Source of the DNA: Zygnema circumcarinatum SAG 698-1b
Lineage: Eukaryota; Plantae; Zygnematophyceae
Direction: 5' to 3'
Assembly (NCBI GenBank): GCA_037447605.1
Contig: CM074816.1
Span: forward strand, 1,007,873 to 1,071,872
DNA: 64,000 bases
The position numbers and the translations under genes were made by a program. Shown here one piece after another: positions 49,742-62,936 of the stretch (position 1 is its first letter; the number at the start of each line of letters is the position of its first letter). A model generated the notes under the pieces. The model saw only the letters and a list, made by a program, of their open reading frames with translations, made no database searches and had not been told where the DNA came from.

Positions 49742-50549
49742 GAAACGGGCTGCCCGAGGGCGATGGGGAGGGTTGACGTGCATTTCCTCTGTCGCCGGTG
49801 CTGTCGCCTCTGGCTGCGCCGCTGTCGGCTCCTCCTCATTGAGATCTTCAATTTCCTCCTCAGGCATGGATCCCAAGGGATGACCCGTGGAAGAAGGGAG
49901 GACTGAAGTTCTTCGGACAGGGGTGGCGACCGGTGGAGCCGTGCCCGAGGAGCTGGCGCCGTTGACATTGGCAGGGAGGAATGGCAGGGGATGAGAATGA
50001 GGATCGCTTCGGTTGACAGGGAGCCTGCGCAGGGCAGTTGCAATCTCGGCGATCCGGGCTTGAGCATCCGCTTCAGTAGTGATGGGGGATTCGGACCAAG
50101 CCGGTTGCAATGCTGCGGCAATCTGGGCAGTGCGTGAGTGGGCAGCAGGATCGGGCTCAGCACCCAATGCGTTTGTCAGGGAAGGGGAGTCCATGGGGTG
50201 CAGGTGGATAGGCGGTCGTTGCAAGATGGTGTAAGCGGGTGAAGGAGGTGGAGGCGGGCGAAAGGGAGCCGGAGTTCTCGGTGGTGTGGGAGTAGCCGGG
50301 AGCATGTCCATGAAGGTGATCTCTGCAGGTGAGCTCCCTGCAGCTGCCTCTTTCCCTTTTCGGGCCTTCTCACTTGCGAGTCTCCGCATGCACACACGGG
50401 CATCATGTCTCGTGATTTGGCAGAAGGTGCAGGTCCATGGTCCGCAACGCAGCCGCGGATTATGATTCAGGCCGCAGGCAAGACAGACGCCCTCTGGAAC
50501 CCCTGCCTCTGTCATCCTACGGCGCAGATCGGCCCTGGCAGCTTCTCTC
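49742..50549 (-). CDS. gag: Family D gag, middle part with Cys/His motifs
   Basis: CLACGLNHNPRLRC and CTFCQITRHDARVC; near-identical to 33060-33579. Confidence 0.8.
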
Positions 50550-50723
50550 TGTAACAACTGAAAAACGCCTTCTTCAGCCTGCGCGGAATTGCACTTAACC
50601 AGCACTCAGAGTTCAGAGAGAGAGAGAGGGAGAGAGCTTCAGAGTGGGGAGCAGCCCGGGGTGGGCGTGCAACCGTATGCCGGTACGTTGGTTGGGTGAC
50701 GACAGTCCCCCTCNNNNNNNNNN

Positions 50724-52388
50724 ATGAGCTCCTGGCAATTGGTTAAGTTGCCCTCGGCTTCCCATGTGCTATGTTCAACCCCATAGCCCAACCACTTCAC
50801 GAGGTATTCGTGACGGGAAGAACGACCCTTTCTCACAATACGGTGGGCTTGAATGGTTTCAACTTCATACTCAAGTTCACCCTCAACTTCCACTAGTGGG
50901 GGAGGTGGCTGGATCCTCCCATCGCTGCGGTAGGCTTTTAGCAATCCCACATGAAAGACCGGATGCACCTTCATATGGTCTGGTAAATCCAACCGGTAAG
51001 CGACCTCATTGATGCGCTTCACGACCTTGAAGGGTCCGATGAGCGGGGCCACAACTTACGTGTTTCGCCATAAGCCTTGAGTCTCAAGTTCGCCGTACTT
51101 AACAACACTTCGTCGCCCTCATTGAAGGTGAGTTGGGTACGGTGACGGTCAGCATAGGCCTTTTGTCGCGACTGGGCCGCTAGCAGGGTCTGCTGTGCCC
51201 TCTGCAGCGCCTCGGACATTAGCCGGACAAAAGATCTGACTGCGGGAGGTTGAGTCCCATCAGTCCCTCTCAGCTTCCAAGGGTCGGGGGTTCTATGGAC
51301 GCCCATGTTCCACGGATCAGGGGGCTGATCCCTTGGTTGCAGGGGATTTAAAGGATGCTGGCCAAAATTCAGGAAGAAAGGGGTGGTACCAATGGATTCC
51401 TGGAAAGCATTATTGATGGCGTATTCAGCCACTGGGAGCAGTTCATCCCACCCATCCGGGGTGGGTCCCACATAATGCCGGAGGTAATCCTCTTGGATCC
51501 TGTTCACCCGTTCCGTCTGGCCATCGGTTTGCGGGTGGAAAGCTGTACTCAATGCCTGCTTGGTCCCCACGATTTTGAGCACTTCCGTCCAAAAATGGCC
51601 GGTGAATCGTGGATCGCGGTCAGACACAATTTCTGACTGCAGACCATGCTGGCTCCACACCTTGTCAACATACAACCGTGCAATCTCGTCGGCCCCAGCT
51701 GTCTTAGTAGTTGGTGCAAAGTGCACCATCTTGCTGAGCCGATCGACAAAGACGAGGATGGAGTCATGCCCCCGAGGTGTCACAAGAAGNNNNNNNNNNC
51801 GGTCAGACACAATTTCTGACTGAAGACCATGCTGGCTCCACACTTTGTCAACATACAACCGTGCAATCTCGTCGGCCCCAGCTGTCTTAGTAGTTGGTGC
51901 AAAGTGCACCATCTTGCTGAGCCGATCGACAAAGACGAGGATGGAGTCATGCCCCGAGGTGTCACAGCAAGATCTGTGATCAAGTCCATACCCACACTAT
52001 CCCATTTCCGAAAAGGAGGTGTGAGGGGATGCAGCTGGCCAGGGATCCTGCCAGTGCGGGGTTTGTTTCGTTGACAAGTTGGACAAGCGAGTACATACGC
52101 TTTCACATCCCTCGAGAGTCCAGGCCACCAGAACTCTCGGAGCAGTGCCTCACGGGTTTTGGCAACTCCCATGTGACCTCGGTACGGAGGATCATGTAGC
52201 TCACCCAGAATGAGCTGCTGTACAGTCCCGGCCTTGGGCACGACCAACTGCTGGCCGTGGTACCAAAATCCGTCCTTTGACACCACTTTGTCCTTATAGC
52301 CATTACCTTGGCCATCCAGGAACAAAGGATCACCAGTATACCCCTCCTGAATCATCTGTCTGAGATCAGAGAGAGCAGGAGGGTTGAT
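50724..52388 (-). CDS. pol: Chromovirus integrase plus chromodomain (broken by gaps and indels)
   Basis: HD..H..C..C, FVDRLSKMVHF, SDRDPRF, HPQTDGQTERVN, GPF, YEVE..YLVKWLGY..STWE. Confidence 0.9.
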
Positions 52389-55300
52389 TGTTGTTGCAGC
52401 GCCCTCCATGCGTGGGGCTGCCACTTCTCCTCTAGCACTTGTAGAACTCGACATTTTCAATGAATTGCTCAATCACACAAAGCACACTAAATGCAAGAGA
52501 ACAACTCAGCGGAAATATGAAAATGTAAGGAGAAAGCCACCAGCCTAAAACTCCTTAAGATAAAGATGAAATACAACTTGACAACACTAGAGCCAAGCTT
52601 CAAGCACCTCTACTCAAGCTACGTGAATAAACCACCCACTACAAGCTGAACTCTTCCCACTATCTCCTAGGCCTAAGCAGATAGCCTCCCTCCCCAATGT
52701 GAAGGTCCGCGAGAAGGTTAACTTCTACCAAACAATCAAGCCTTAACTACAATATGAAGCCATTAGTGACATTGTCACGTCACGGCGCACATGCTACGCC
52801 TGCAAGACCCATATCCCGATCCTAATCTCGCGCGTTGGATCCTCGTAGGCTTTACGCGGATCCGACACATCATTCTTGAGTCGGTCGCCTGCGGCCTTAT
52901 CTCCGTCGGAGTCCTCCACGTGGGATCCTGACTCCTCGATACTTGGCGTCATGTGGGACGTAAGCCTACGAAGCGCCACCGACCTAGGCCATTACAGGCC
53001 TTCCCTTTCACCGACCGCATTGAAACCTTCCGATTCGCCAGCGTCCTCCAAATGGACGGCTAGCGACTCTGGCCCGTCGGTTACGCTCCGTAGCGGTTGG
53101 CGCCTGCGTCACTTCTCGATTTGTCAGCGTCGCGCCCGTCACATCTGACTCCGCTGCGCCGTACCTCGCCACTGCGACCAATGTCCGTACATTCGAGGTC
53201 ACGGCCTTTAAATCGTTACCAGCGATTGGCTCCACCGACATTCGATGCCTTGCCTTGCCAAATCAGACTCCTGCTGCGGCGCTATTGCACACCTTAAAGA
53301 CTTATGCGATTAGCCTAGACGCCCCCTCCGTACAATGTGGACAACATGAGCACACCTCCATAGAACTTGAGTACCAACAACTTAGTGTACAACTAGTTCC
53401 TAACTACTTTTACACTAACAATCCCCTCTTGGTACTTAGTTCCCCATGAACCACTAGTTCCGTGAGACCACTACTATTCTCTAGTGTCCACAACCAAATG
53501 AATGCTCCTTGTCCTAACAATTTTGCCCCTCTTGATCCAAGGCCTGAGGAGAGAATCTTCCCCCCTCTTGATCTCCTCTTGGTTTTGCCTTTCACACTTG
53601 ATCACAGGCTTCGGCTGGCGGGCTCCTTATAGGTCCGGTAACCGGGTATTCCTTCCTTGGTTGCAGCCTTGTACTCGAGCAGCTCCACTACCTGGGTTAG
53701 AAGGACCCCTCCACTTCAACTCCATCATTGTTTGGATGCAACAAGCCCGTGTTTCCGGCCTCCTTGGAGCTCACTAACTCTGAGTGATCCTGGAATTCGC
53801 ACACATTCTCACCACCACTAATGTCCACCCTTTCGGTGATGGGTCTTTCAACCCCCTTAGCCTGGCTATCTGAAATGTCGTTGGCGAAATAATCCTCTGC
53901 TCCCCTGAGCCTCAATGCTTGCTCTAGCATCCCCTTTCCTCCTCCAAGCTGGTTTGGATCTATCTTATGGCGAATGGGCTTCCCTACAGGGTCCTTGGCC
54001 GGATAGCTCAGCCCTTGAGCCTCCTTCTTCTCTAGGAAGTAAAGCCCACCTTGCTGGATTCCCTTGCACAAGACTTGCCCTGTCTCCTTGTGAATGACCT
54101 CACAACTACCCTTCTCAAACCATACTCCATAGTCCTCTTCACACAGCTGACTAACAGAGAGGAAATTAATCTGTAATCCGGGAGTATGCAGATACGTTAC
54201 CAACATGGACAACCCTCTGCGTGCTTCCACTCCCCGACACCTCAACTTGACTGTTCGCCTTGCGTCACGGGACTCCATCTCGATTTGCAGTGGGCCGGCG
54301 GGTTCCTCAAAAGTCTCCTTCTCTTGCCAAAGAGTGAGTAGATCCGCACATGTGCCTTGAAGCACCGAGAATCTAATCACCCAAGGTTTAAATTTGAATT
54401 TTTCAGCTCCTAAGACATCCGACAAACTCATCGTGGGTCCCCAATCACAGGATTATCAAGTTAGTCACCGTGAATCCTCTTGCGCGTTCATCTGCAGGAT
54501 ACACTGCATCACCTCCTCCCTTCTTGCTTTCGTTTAGAGCATCGTCCGAAAGTGAACCGCCATTCTGAGAACTGTTAGGCGGTTCCTCTTGGAGAGCGGT
54601 CTTCCACAAGAGTAGCAAGTCCTCTGAGTCTTCAGCTCTCCACCATCTTTGGCTGCGTTTGGTCCCTTGCCGTTCCTGTATGGGCGAGCAGTTGCAGCAT
54701 ACAGCTTCTCCGAACTTGACCTGTACTTGCTTCTTGTCTTGAAGACCATCCTCCTCTACCACTCTCCTCTTGACCTGCTCAAAGGTCATCTTTGCTGTAG
54801 AAAGCTGAGTGCGTAGAGGCAGTGCAAGCAGGGTCAAATCTGTCCGGCAAGCCTCCAAGGAATAGACTAATCTTGTGATCCAAGTGAAGGGGCTGTTTCA
54901 GCCCATCAAACTTGATCACATAGTCTTTCAGCTCCTCCACGAATCCAAACTGAGTTTTTCAAAGCTCCGTGTAGAGATAAACCCTACGGTGGCATTATCT
55001 ACACCACATCATAAATCTTCTCTAGAGTATCCCACATCTCCCGAGCTGTCTTTAACTCTGAAATCAGATTAAGCTGGGTTCCTCACTAACGCCCGGCTTC
55101 ATGAGGTCCTAACTATGCCCCAATCCTTGGCCTCCTTTGTAAACTCAAATTAGGATTAATCTAAGATGCGGGGCCACAGTAGACCATTCACATACCCCAA
55201 CAACGCTTGTTCTCAGCCTTAACTTGTGAGCATATGAGAGCTTCCGTATGTAGTTCTTCCCATCCGAGAGTTGGAATGGTAAACTTCACGTCTTCTTTGC

Positions 55301-56285
55301 CTTTGGCTCTGATACCACTTGTTGATGCAGCGCCCTCCCTTGGTGGGGCTGCCACTTCTCCTCTAGCACTTGTAGAACTCGACAACTGCAATGAATTGCT
55401 CAATCACACAAAGCACATAAATGCAGAGAACAACTCAGCCCGGAAATATGAAAATGTAAGGAGAGAGCCACCAGCCTAAAACTCCTTAAGATAAAGATGA
55501 AATACAACTTGACAACACTAGAGCCAAGCTTCAAGCACCTCTACTCAAGCTACGTGAATAAACCACCCACTACAAGCTGAACTCTTCCCACTATCTCCTA
55601 GGCCCTAAGCAAGATAGCCTCACTCCCCAATGTGAGTCACGAGAAGGTTAACTTCTACCAAGTGACATGATGTCACGTCACGGCCGCACATGCTACGCCT
55701 TGCAAGACCCTTATCCCGATCCTAATCTCGCGCCGTTGGATCCTCGTAGGCTTGCACGGATCCAGCACATCATTGCCGTCAGATCCGCCTCAGCCTTATC
55801 TCCATCCGAGTCCTCCACCGTAGGATCTGACTCCTCATTACTTGGCGTCATGTGGGACCCCGTAAGCCTACGAGCGCCACCGACCTAGGCCGTACAGGCC
55901 TTCCCTTTCACCCGACACGTGGCGCCTTCCGATTCGCCACTGTCCTCCAAATGAGACATTGCTGACTCTGTACCTCGTCAGTTCTGCTCCGCGCGCTGGT
56001 TCGCGCCTCGTCACTTCTCGATTTGTCGCGTCGCGCCACGTCACATCTGACGCTGCGCCGCGCGCCTCTCGACAATGTCCGTACATTCGGGAGTCCTGGC
56101 CTTCCAAATCGTACCACTGATTGGCTCCACCGACGACCGATGCCTTGCGCTTGCCAAATCAGACTCTACTTATTTGCACACCGCAGGAGCTTGTACGGTG
56201 CCTAGACGACCCTCCGTACAATGTGGACAACATGGCGCACCTCCTTAGAACTTGGTACACCATGACTTGAGTGTACAACTGGTTC
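52389..56285 (-). mobile_element. Internally deleted, non-autonomous copia (family C) inserted in chromovirus pol
   Basis: LTRs 52389-53420 and 55320-~56285; PPT complement at 53421; PBS 55317-55306; ~1.9-kb decayed gag/protease interior. No matching TSD is seen at the right junction. Confidence 0.8.
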
Positions 56286-56299
56286 ACTGTACTTTCTGT

Positions 56300-59200
56300 A
56301 CTGGTACGTCACTGGTGGGAGGGATCTATGACGAAAGCATACTGGAGGCGGAGACTTCGGGGTTGGCGGCCCTCACCTCTGTCATCTCGTTCCGCTATGG
56401 CTCGAATTAGGCGGCGCGCCCATCGGGCAAGATGCGAGGCTGCCTACCGATTAAGATTGCCGCTGCATTCAGCCTTCGGGCGATTAAACCCAGCGGCGGT
56501 CAAACCTTTGGAGGCTTCAGAACCGGCGTGCACGCACGCTGAAGCGAGATACGGTTGGGTTGAAGAGCGTCCCGTGGCGGTGGTGGGTGACGGCGTGACC
56601 GCTTTAAGCCCCCTCTAAATAGCACGCCGTATCCTCGGTGGGCTACCTGGCAGTTCTGTTACATTGCGGAATAGTTAAGCTCGGGATTCATTTCAAACTT
56701 TCATGCGCCAAAGGTTGGCCATCTTGAAACAAGACGGCACCCAAGGCGAATCCCGAAGCATCACAAACCACTTCATAAGGCTTGGACGGGTCCGCTAAAC
56801 GGAGAGTGGGTGCGGTAACAAGTGCATGGCGCACACCTTCGAATGCATCCTGGCATTCAGGGGTCCATGTAAAGGGGACACCGGAACGTGTCAAATTAGT
56901 CAAGGGAGTAACCAATTTACTAAACCCTTGGATGAACTTACGAAAATAATTCGCAAAGCCCAGAAAAGACCTCAACTGGTGCAAGTCAGTCGGTGGCGCC
57001 CAAGTTTCTACCGCTGAAACTTTGGCAGGATCAGGCCGAAGGCCTTGATCATTCAAGATATGCCCAAGATAGAGCAACTCACGTTGCATGAAGTGACACT
57101 TCTTCCTCTTGGCATAAAACTGGTGTTTCCTCAGGGTCTCAAACACTTTTCGAACGTGTTCAAGATGTTCCTCCTCCGTCTTACTGAAGACAAGGATATC
57201 ATCGAGGTAAACCAAAACAAACTCGTCCATGCCGATGAACATNNNNNNNNNNACTGCCCCGGAGTAGGATTGGAGCTTGATCTTGAGTGTGACGCTACCA
57301 GAGATCTGGCCCTTGCGTCCATCCCCGAAAGTAACACTTTCTGAATGGGGATCTGCGGTCAACCCAAATCTTTGGGTGAATGCAGAACTAACAAAATTAG
57401 CATCTGCCCCAGTATCTTGCAGTATAACTGCTGGGTGGCCATTGGCTGAGCCGGTGAAGGTCATGGCACGGTGGGCAAGATGGAACATGGATCGCACTAT
57501 ATGCGAGGGTTGAGGACGAGCCGTCCTCCACACCAAGGTGTAGGGGGATCCAACCAGCGAACTGGTGGATCCTTCCATCGTCTGCACCAATTTGTGCCCT
57601 TTCCTCAACTGTTTCACCAACCGCCAAGTGGCGTTGGGAAACGTGCGAACTGCCATGTGCTGAGGAACCAGCACATGCAGCCCAAGGACATGGGAGGTGT
57701 TTCCCATGACATGCAAAGCATCCATGGCACATTGCATGAGAACATCATCGCCCATGACATTGAGGATAAAGACATGCCAAGCACCATTCATCACTACATC
57801 CATAAACCCAGAAGGAGTCACTACAGTGGCAGGGGAAAGAGAAATGGAAGAAGGGAGTACATCAAACACAAAAAGATCTTGCACTCCCAAAGTCCTGCCC
57901 ACCAAATTAAGAATGTCCGAGATTCTAAGAAACAATAGTCTCTTATCCTTGATGGCAGCCCCATTCCCTCCCCCTAGCCTAGCATGTCCACCAGCAACGA
58001 CCCCTAAGCTGCTGGTGGGTTGGGGTTTTCCGGCCCCTTGCCCTTCTTGTCCTTGGTGTTCAGAGGGCAATCCCGGGCCTTGTGCCCCTCCTTGCGGCAG
58101 CGGAAACACTTGTTCTCCCGCTGCATCTTCTCCATTTCCTCTGGAGTCAACTTCTGCGGCCGTGCAGTGGGTGGGCGGGCAGCCACTTCCGGCTGCTTCC
58201 GCTTGTTCTTTCCTGCCAGTTTGGCAGGAGCTGAGGGTCCCGCCTTCCACGACCCTGTCACGTCGCCCGACCTCTGCTGGGGTCGGGAAGGGCCTGCATC
58301 GCCTGCAGGGGCGGTGTCCAACTGAATGGCTGCATCCAAGTACAGCTCAGAGTCACATGAGTCCCCGGTTTTGGGAATCGATGGGTTAGTTCTTATTTTG
58401 CTTTTCCTCAGTGTGGCTTCAAGCCATTCTTTGAAGTGGAAAAAAGAACTCAACCTGTCCAGGCTTGTGAGAGGTATTGTCTGAGGCACCACTTGTGCAT
58501 GATCTACTTGAGAAACTGCTTGGCAGCTGCAGTTTGGACCATGTTACGAAACTTATCGGGCCTCCAAGCGGGATCCAAGGCTTAAAAGTGTTTGATAAGT
58601 TCATCTCTGAACTTATCCCAATCGTCCCCAATCTCATCAGAGAGGCCCTCATACACACGGTATGCGGCTCCTCTGAGTGCTGGGTAAGCAAAGCTTACCC
58701 ACTGGAGGGGGGGACAGTTGGTCGCCAGAAGGTAACCCTTCGTTTGACCCAACCACTGCTCAATCGAGCAGTCCGTGGTAGGATGTTCGCCCCAAAAGGA
58801 AAGAGGGGCCACCTTGGCCCGATTCCGTCGGGCATCCTCAGTAGGTTGCGGGGGAGCAGTCCGAGGACTGGGATCTCCTCCGCCCCCAGCAGCTGCCCCC
58901 GACGGGGGTCCCCCACTACTGGGTGGTTCGCCACCCGTGGTGACTCCCGGAAAAACCAGCGGGGGTCGGGACGTCACGCATTTTGCTTTTCGCGGCGGCG
59001 GTTGGCTGTCGGGGCCGAGCGGCAGCTACCGGAGTGGTTTGCCTAACCCCTTCCCAGGACCTCTTTGCATCCGCGCACTCTACATTTGCGGCGGTTGAGG
59101 GGCATACCTTTCACCGATCCTCGAACTGTCGAAAGGCTCGAACTCAACTGGGCGTGTCCGCAGGCGGCCGTGAGCTCCATCAATAGATCCCACCTGCCTC

Positions 59201-59550
59201 GTACAGGCCATGGTGGCGACGCGCTGCTGCCCTCCATCCGCTCCCCGTTTGTCGATCTTCTTCCTCAACTTCAAGGAAGCGCCCACCGTGATGTGGGCCC
59301 CGATCATGGGATCGGCGGATTCTGCCGGAGCCAGCGGCTCCGGTGACGCGGGGAAAGGGGCAGCAGCTACCGGATGACCTTGGTCATCCGTGGGCTCGGG
59401 ACTGGGCCCCTCCATGGGGGTGGCCGCAGTCTCCGAGTTCTCCTCCATCACCTCGTCCCGAGGGACAGGTGGTGGAGGTGGCGGCCCCGAGGGCCCCGGG
59501 TCCCCTCCGGCCCGGCGAGTGGTCACCATGACCCGCAGGTTCTCTTTCAA
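56300..59550 (-). pseudogene. pol: Chromovirus gag, CCHC, protease, RT, RNase H (frameshifted, one gap)
   Basis: MVTTRR start, CFRCRKEGHKARDC, QDTGADANFVS, VYLDDILVFS, CDASGFALGAVL. Confidence 0.88.
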
Positions 59551-60288
59551 AGAGAAGGCCGCAACGCGGCTCTGATACCAATGTAACAGCTGAAAACCGC
59601 CTCTTCAGCCTGCGCGGAATCACACACCAGCACTCAGCAAAACAGAGTTCAGATTGAGAGGGATTCAGAGAGAGAGAGAGAGCTTCAGAGTGGGGAGCAG
59701 CCCGGGGTGGGCGTGCAACCGTATGCCGGTACGTTGGTTGGGTGACGACAGTCACCCTCGCCCCTTTACGCTTCCCCCGTTGAACCTCCTACCAGCATGG
59801 AGGATTCAGAGCGAAACGTCCAATGTGACTACGTGTCCCTCTGACCGAATAGATTGAGGAGTCAACAACGTCACCGAGCGCTCACACCCGCATTCCTTGG
59901 CCTTGGCGCGTGGCGCAGCAGCGCGCCGTGCTCCGGTGCGGTGGATCCCTACGTAGCGGCGGGGATTCGCTTTATCGGCTCAAATCGTACCAGCGGTGAC
60001 CCGTAATTATGCAGGGCCGGCGATTTGCATTCCAAACGTAGGAAGATGGCGGTAGATTCCGTGATCCCACCGACCACATCGGCCGGCTGCATGACTCCAT
60101 ATATGTCTCGGTATACGCGCCCGCGCCGAACCCTTGCAACGCCGCGGAGTTGATCCGAGACGCCTACTGGTCTAAGGTGGGTAGTCCCCGGCGCCCCTTG
60201 GCCACTCGGCCCGCGCCCGGGGTGAGAGTACTAGGACGGAGCGCGCCCTAAGTACACCTCCCGTGGGTGACTGTAGCGTTTCGCTACA

Positions 60289-62208
60289 CTCTCTCTTCGG
60301 GTGTGCGATCGGAATAAGGAGCCCGATATCCTGGACGAGAAACATCTGGTATGTGAGGATTCACCGCCGGCTCAATGGGATGCGCCGGATCATGAGGGTA
60401 TGGGGAAAGGGGAAGGGGCTTGGTCGTGCTGGCTATGGCCAGAGGCTGAACCACAGGGGCTGCCCGGACGTCCTGAGCAGTGATGCCGGAGAAAGAAGGC
60501 TTGTTCCGAGAAGATGTAGCGTAGGGATCATACAACTGCTGATTCTGTGTCTTCAGGAACTGCTGGTAGAGTCGATCTTGTCGTGGATCTGTTGCATTCA
60601 TGTAATGTGGTCGTACATGTCGGTTGCCTCTCTCTTGATCCTTCTGAATTCGCTCTGCCCTTTCTAACAAGGCCTGGGCATCTGCTGGTGGGTTGTCGCG
60701 CAGCTCACGATCCAGGTGGAGATCCTTCTCGCTGATGGCCTTGCGGAACCACTGGAGAACTTCGGGAAAGTCAGGCAAGTTCTCGATAGTATTTGCCATG
60801 CGCACAAAACGCTCAGTGAATTCAAACAGCCGCTCATCACTGTAGCATTCTATGTAGCGAAGTCGGTCTAGCACAGTGATCGGATCTGAAATCCAGCGTT
60901 GTCTGAAAGCTTGCTTGAATGTGTCCCTTGTCAGGTTGCCGACGACATCCGCCTTGTGCCAGTTTCGGGACAGCTTCCAGTTGACGGCCTCTCCTTCCAG
61001 CGCTCCAAGGGCCAGCTTGATCCATTGGTCCTCCTTCAGGTCTGCTTGCGCTGCCTTCTCCTCAAGGTGTCTCAGCCATGCTTCTGCATCTTCCTGCTTG
61101 CCGGTGAAGCCTCTTGTGATGATGCCCGTGGTATCCCTCACCTCACTCTTTTCAGGAATCATTGCTATCAGTTTGGTCATCATCTCTTCCATCTTGCTGG
61201 GAAACTCAGATCTGACTCGTGTGCTTCTCTGCAGGTTGGTGCGAAAGCTGGAGGGTCCTTGCGATCGTCCTGCCCTTGCCCCTGAAGCCGCTCGCCTGGG
61301 GCTGCCGGATGGGCAAGTTGTGAATGCCGGGGTGAGGGGTGTCTTCGGCGGGAATCCCCTTTGCTTCTTCTCGGTGGGAGGGGACCGCGTGTGCCGCTAA
61401 GCCGTGCTTGAAGCGACTCCCGGTACAGTTATCCGGCTCCAGATCTCGCGGGTTCTCGGCCTCGGGAGCCGCTGTGGGGAATTTCGTGCCTGAACGCACT
61501 CTTTCTCTTCACGGCATCTCGCTGCCGTGAGCCGGGCCACCGGCAGTGCGCTTGATCATCCGGGCGCGCATACCGCCACCGGAAGTTTCTCGTACACACC
61601 GCCTTCAGGACGTGAGTCGCCGCAGCCTCTTCAATCACCATCTGCTCAAGGTAAGCCAGACTGGGATAAGGGTTCTCTTCGGTGATGCCCATCTTCAGTC
61701 TCTCTCTGACTGCTTCTTCCTCTGAGTCTGAATCCGTCCTTGGATTTCCGATCGCCTGTTCTTCTTCTTCTTGAGGTGCCAAGTCTTCATCTGAATACTC
61801 ATGAAGATCTGCTTGTCCCTCTTGCTGCAGCTCTTCATCCATGGCGGCTGTGACACGGGTCACAGGATCGGCAGCCTCACGTATCAAGGTACGTGGATCT
61901 GCAAAACCTTCAGCTCTGATACCAAGATAAGTGGGGTTAAAAGGAGATTGCTGAGCTAGTTGCAGATGCTGTACGGCCACCCGAGCGTCCGTGCTGAAAC
62001 TGACGTAGGGTTGGGGTGGTGCTGTGGGTCTGCCTGCAGCAAAGAGCCAGGATCCGGGGGATTCAGAGGTACGCGCAGCGGAAGACGTAGGGATCCTGAA
62101 GATGTTCCCTCCGGCGGCTGGACTCGATGCGCAAAGAGCCCTTCCTTGGGGGCTCTCCTCTCTTGTCCTCTCCTCGGCTTGTCTCTTCGCTAGGCTTCTA
62201 GTTATCAT
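60289..62208 (-). CDS. gag: Family D gag N-terminal region (two ORFs, probably one frameshifted CDS) starting inside the 5' LTR
   Basis: ORF 62208-61429 (MITRSLAKR...) crosses the PBS; ORF 61192-60289 is retrotransposon-gag-like (FTGKQEDAEAWL..WIKLALGALEGEAVNW..TFKQAFRQRW). Confidence 0.75.
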
Positions 62209-62936
62209 TGGTCATTGAGAGGAATGTAAGGCAGAGAGAACAAGATAGGGGCTTGGCATAGTGACAGCAAAGGGAAAACAGGACACAACTTAGATAAAGG
62301 TGGTATTTTGGAAACTCACCCCAGCCATCGGTTGGCTGGGGAATGTCATTACAATGAAAGTACCTTCTCACTGAAATCTTTGTCTAGCTGGGCTGAATGG
62401 GACGTCTAAATGCTCTCAGCAAGAAGACCCTTTCTCTCCCTCCCTCTCTATATCTATGGCATGGAACTCTCTCTCTCTCTCACACTTAGCATCTGTTGCT
62501 GGAACTGAAGAGGAAGAAAAGAAGAACAAGACAACAAACCACACAGCAAATACTAATACTAAGCCCAGCACTAAAAGACAAAAAAGCATTACTGACATCC
62601 CATCTACTTATCACTGACAATAGATCTTGAGCCTTAGCACTGACAGTCCCTGATTGGCCAACTGCCCACTGAGAGGCCTGACTAACTATGTGGGGCCTTC
62701 TGATAGGCCAACTGCTGACAATCGGCGGCATTTTGCGGCGCTTCTGAGTGCGCCTAGCTGGATGGTGTGCTGTTTCGTGGGCCGCCGCCTTCACATGGCG
62801 CCGCCTTCTCGCCTTTTCCGTCGGCAATTCCTGGAGCAGGCCGGTCCGTGACATTGAATATGAAGATGCCAAGTACAACTGAACGGACGCGGATCCGTCG
62901 AGCGCAGCTCCGTTACGCTACACCCGCCGAGCAGCC

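Larger units (their letters stand above)
50550..60288 (-). mobile_element. Chromovirus (Ty3/gypsy) family A with a nested copia
   Basis: 5' LTR 59582-60288; PBS 59580-59569; 3' LTR from 50550 (cut by a gap); TSD CTCTC at 50545-50549 and 60289-60293. Confidence 0.9.
36788..62922 (-). mobile_element. Ty3/gypsy family D, copy 2, expanded to 26 kb by nested insertions
   Basis: Near-identical LTR cores 36797-37795 and 61925-62922; PBS TGGTATCAGAGC 61924-61913; CCCG on both flanks; gag pieces rejoin across the TSD-bounded inserts. Confidence 0.88.

Noticed and set aside
51600-51965. Tandem duplication within the chromovirus integrase
   Set aside because: The copies sit either side of a 10-N gap; most likely an unmerged contig overlap.
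57697-58389. 230-aa plus-strand ORF as an antisense accessory gene
   Set aside because: Overlaps gag-protease on the opposite strand and has no recognisable motif.
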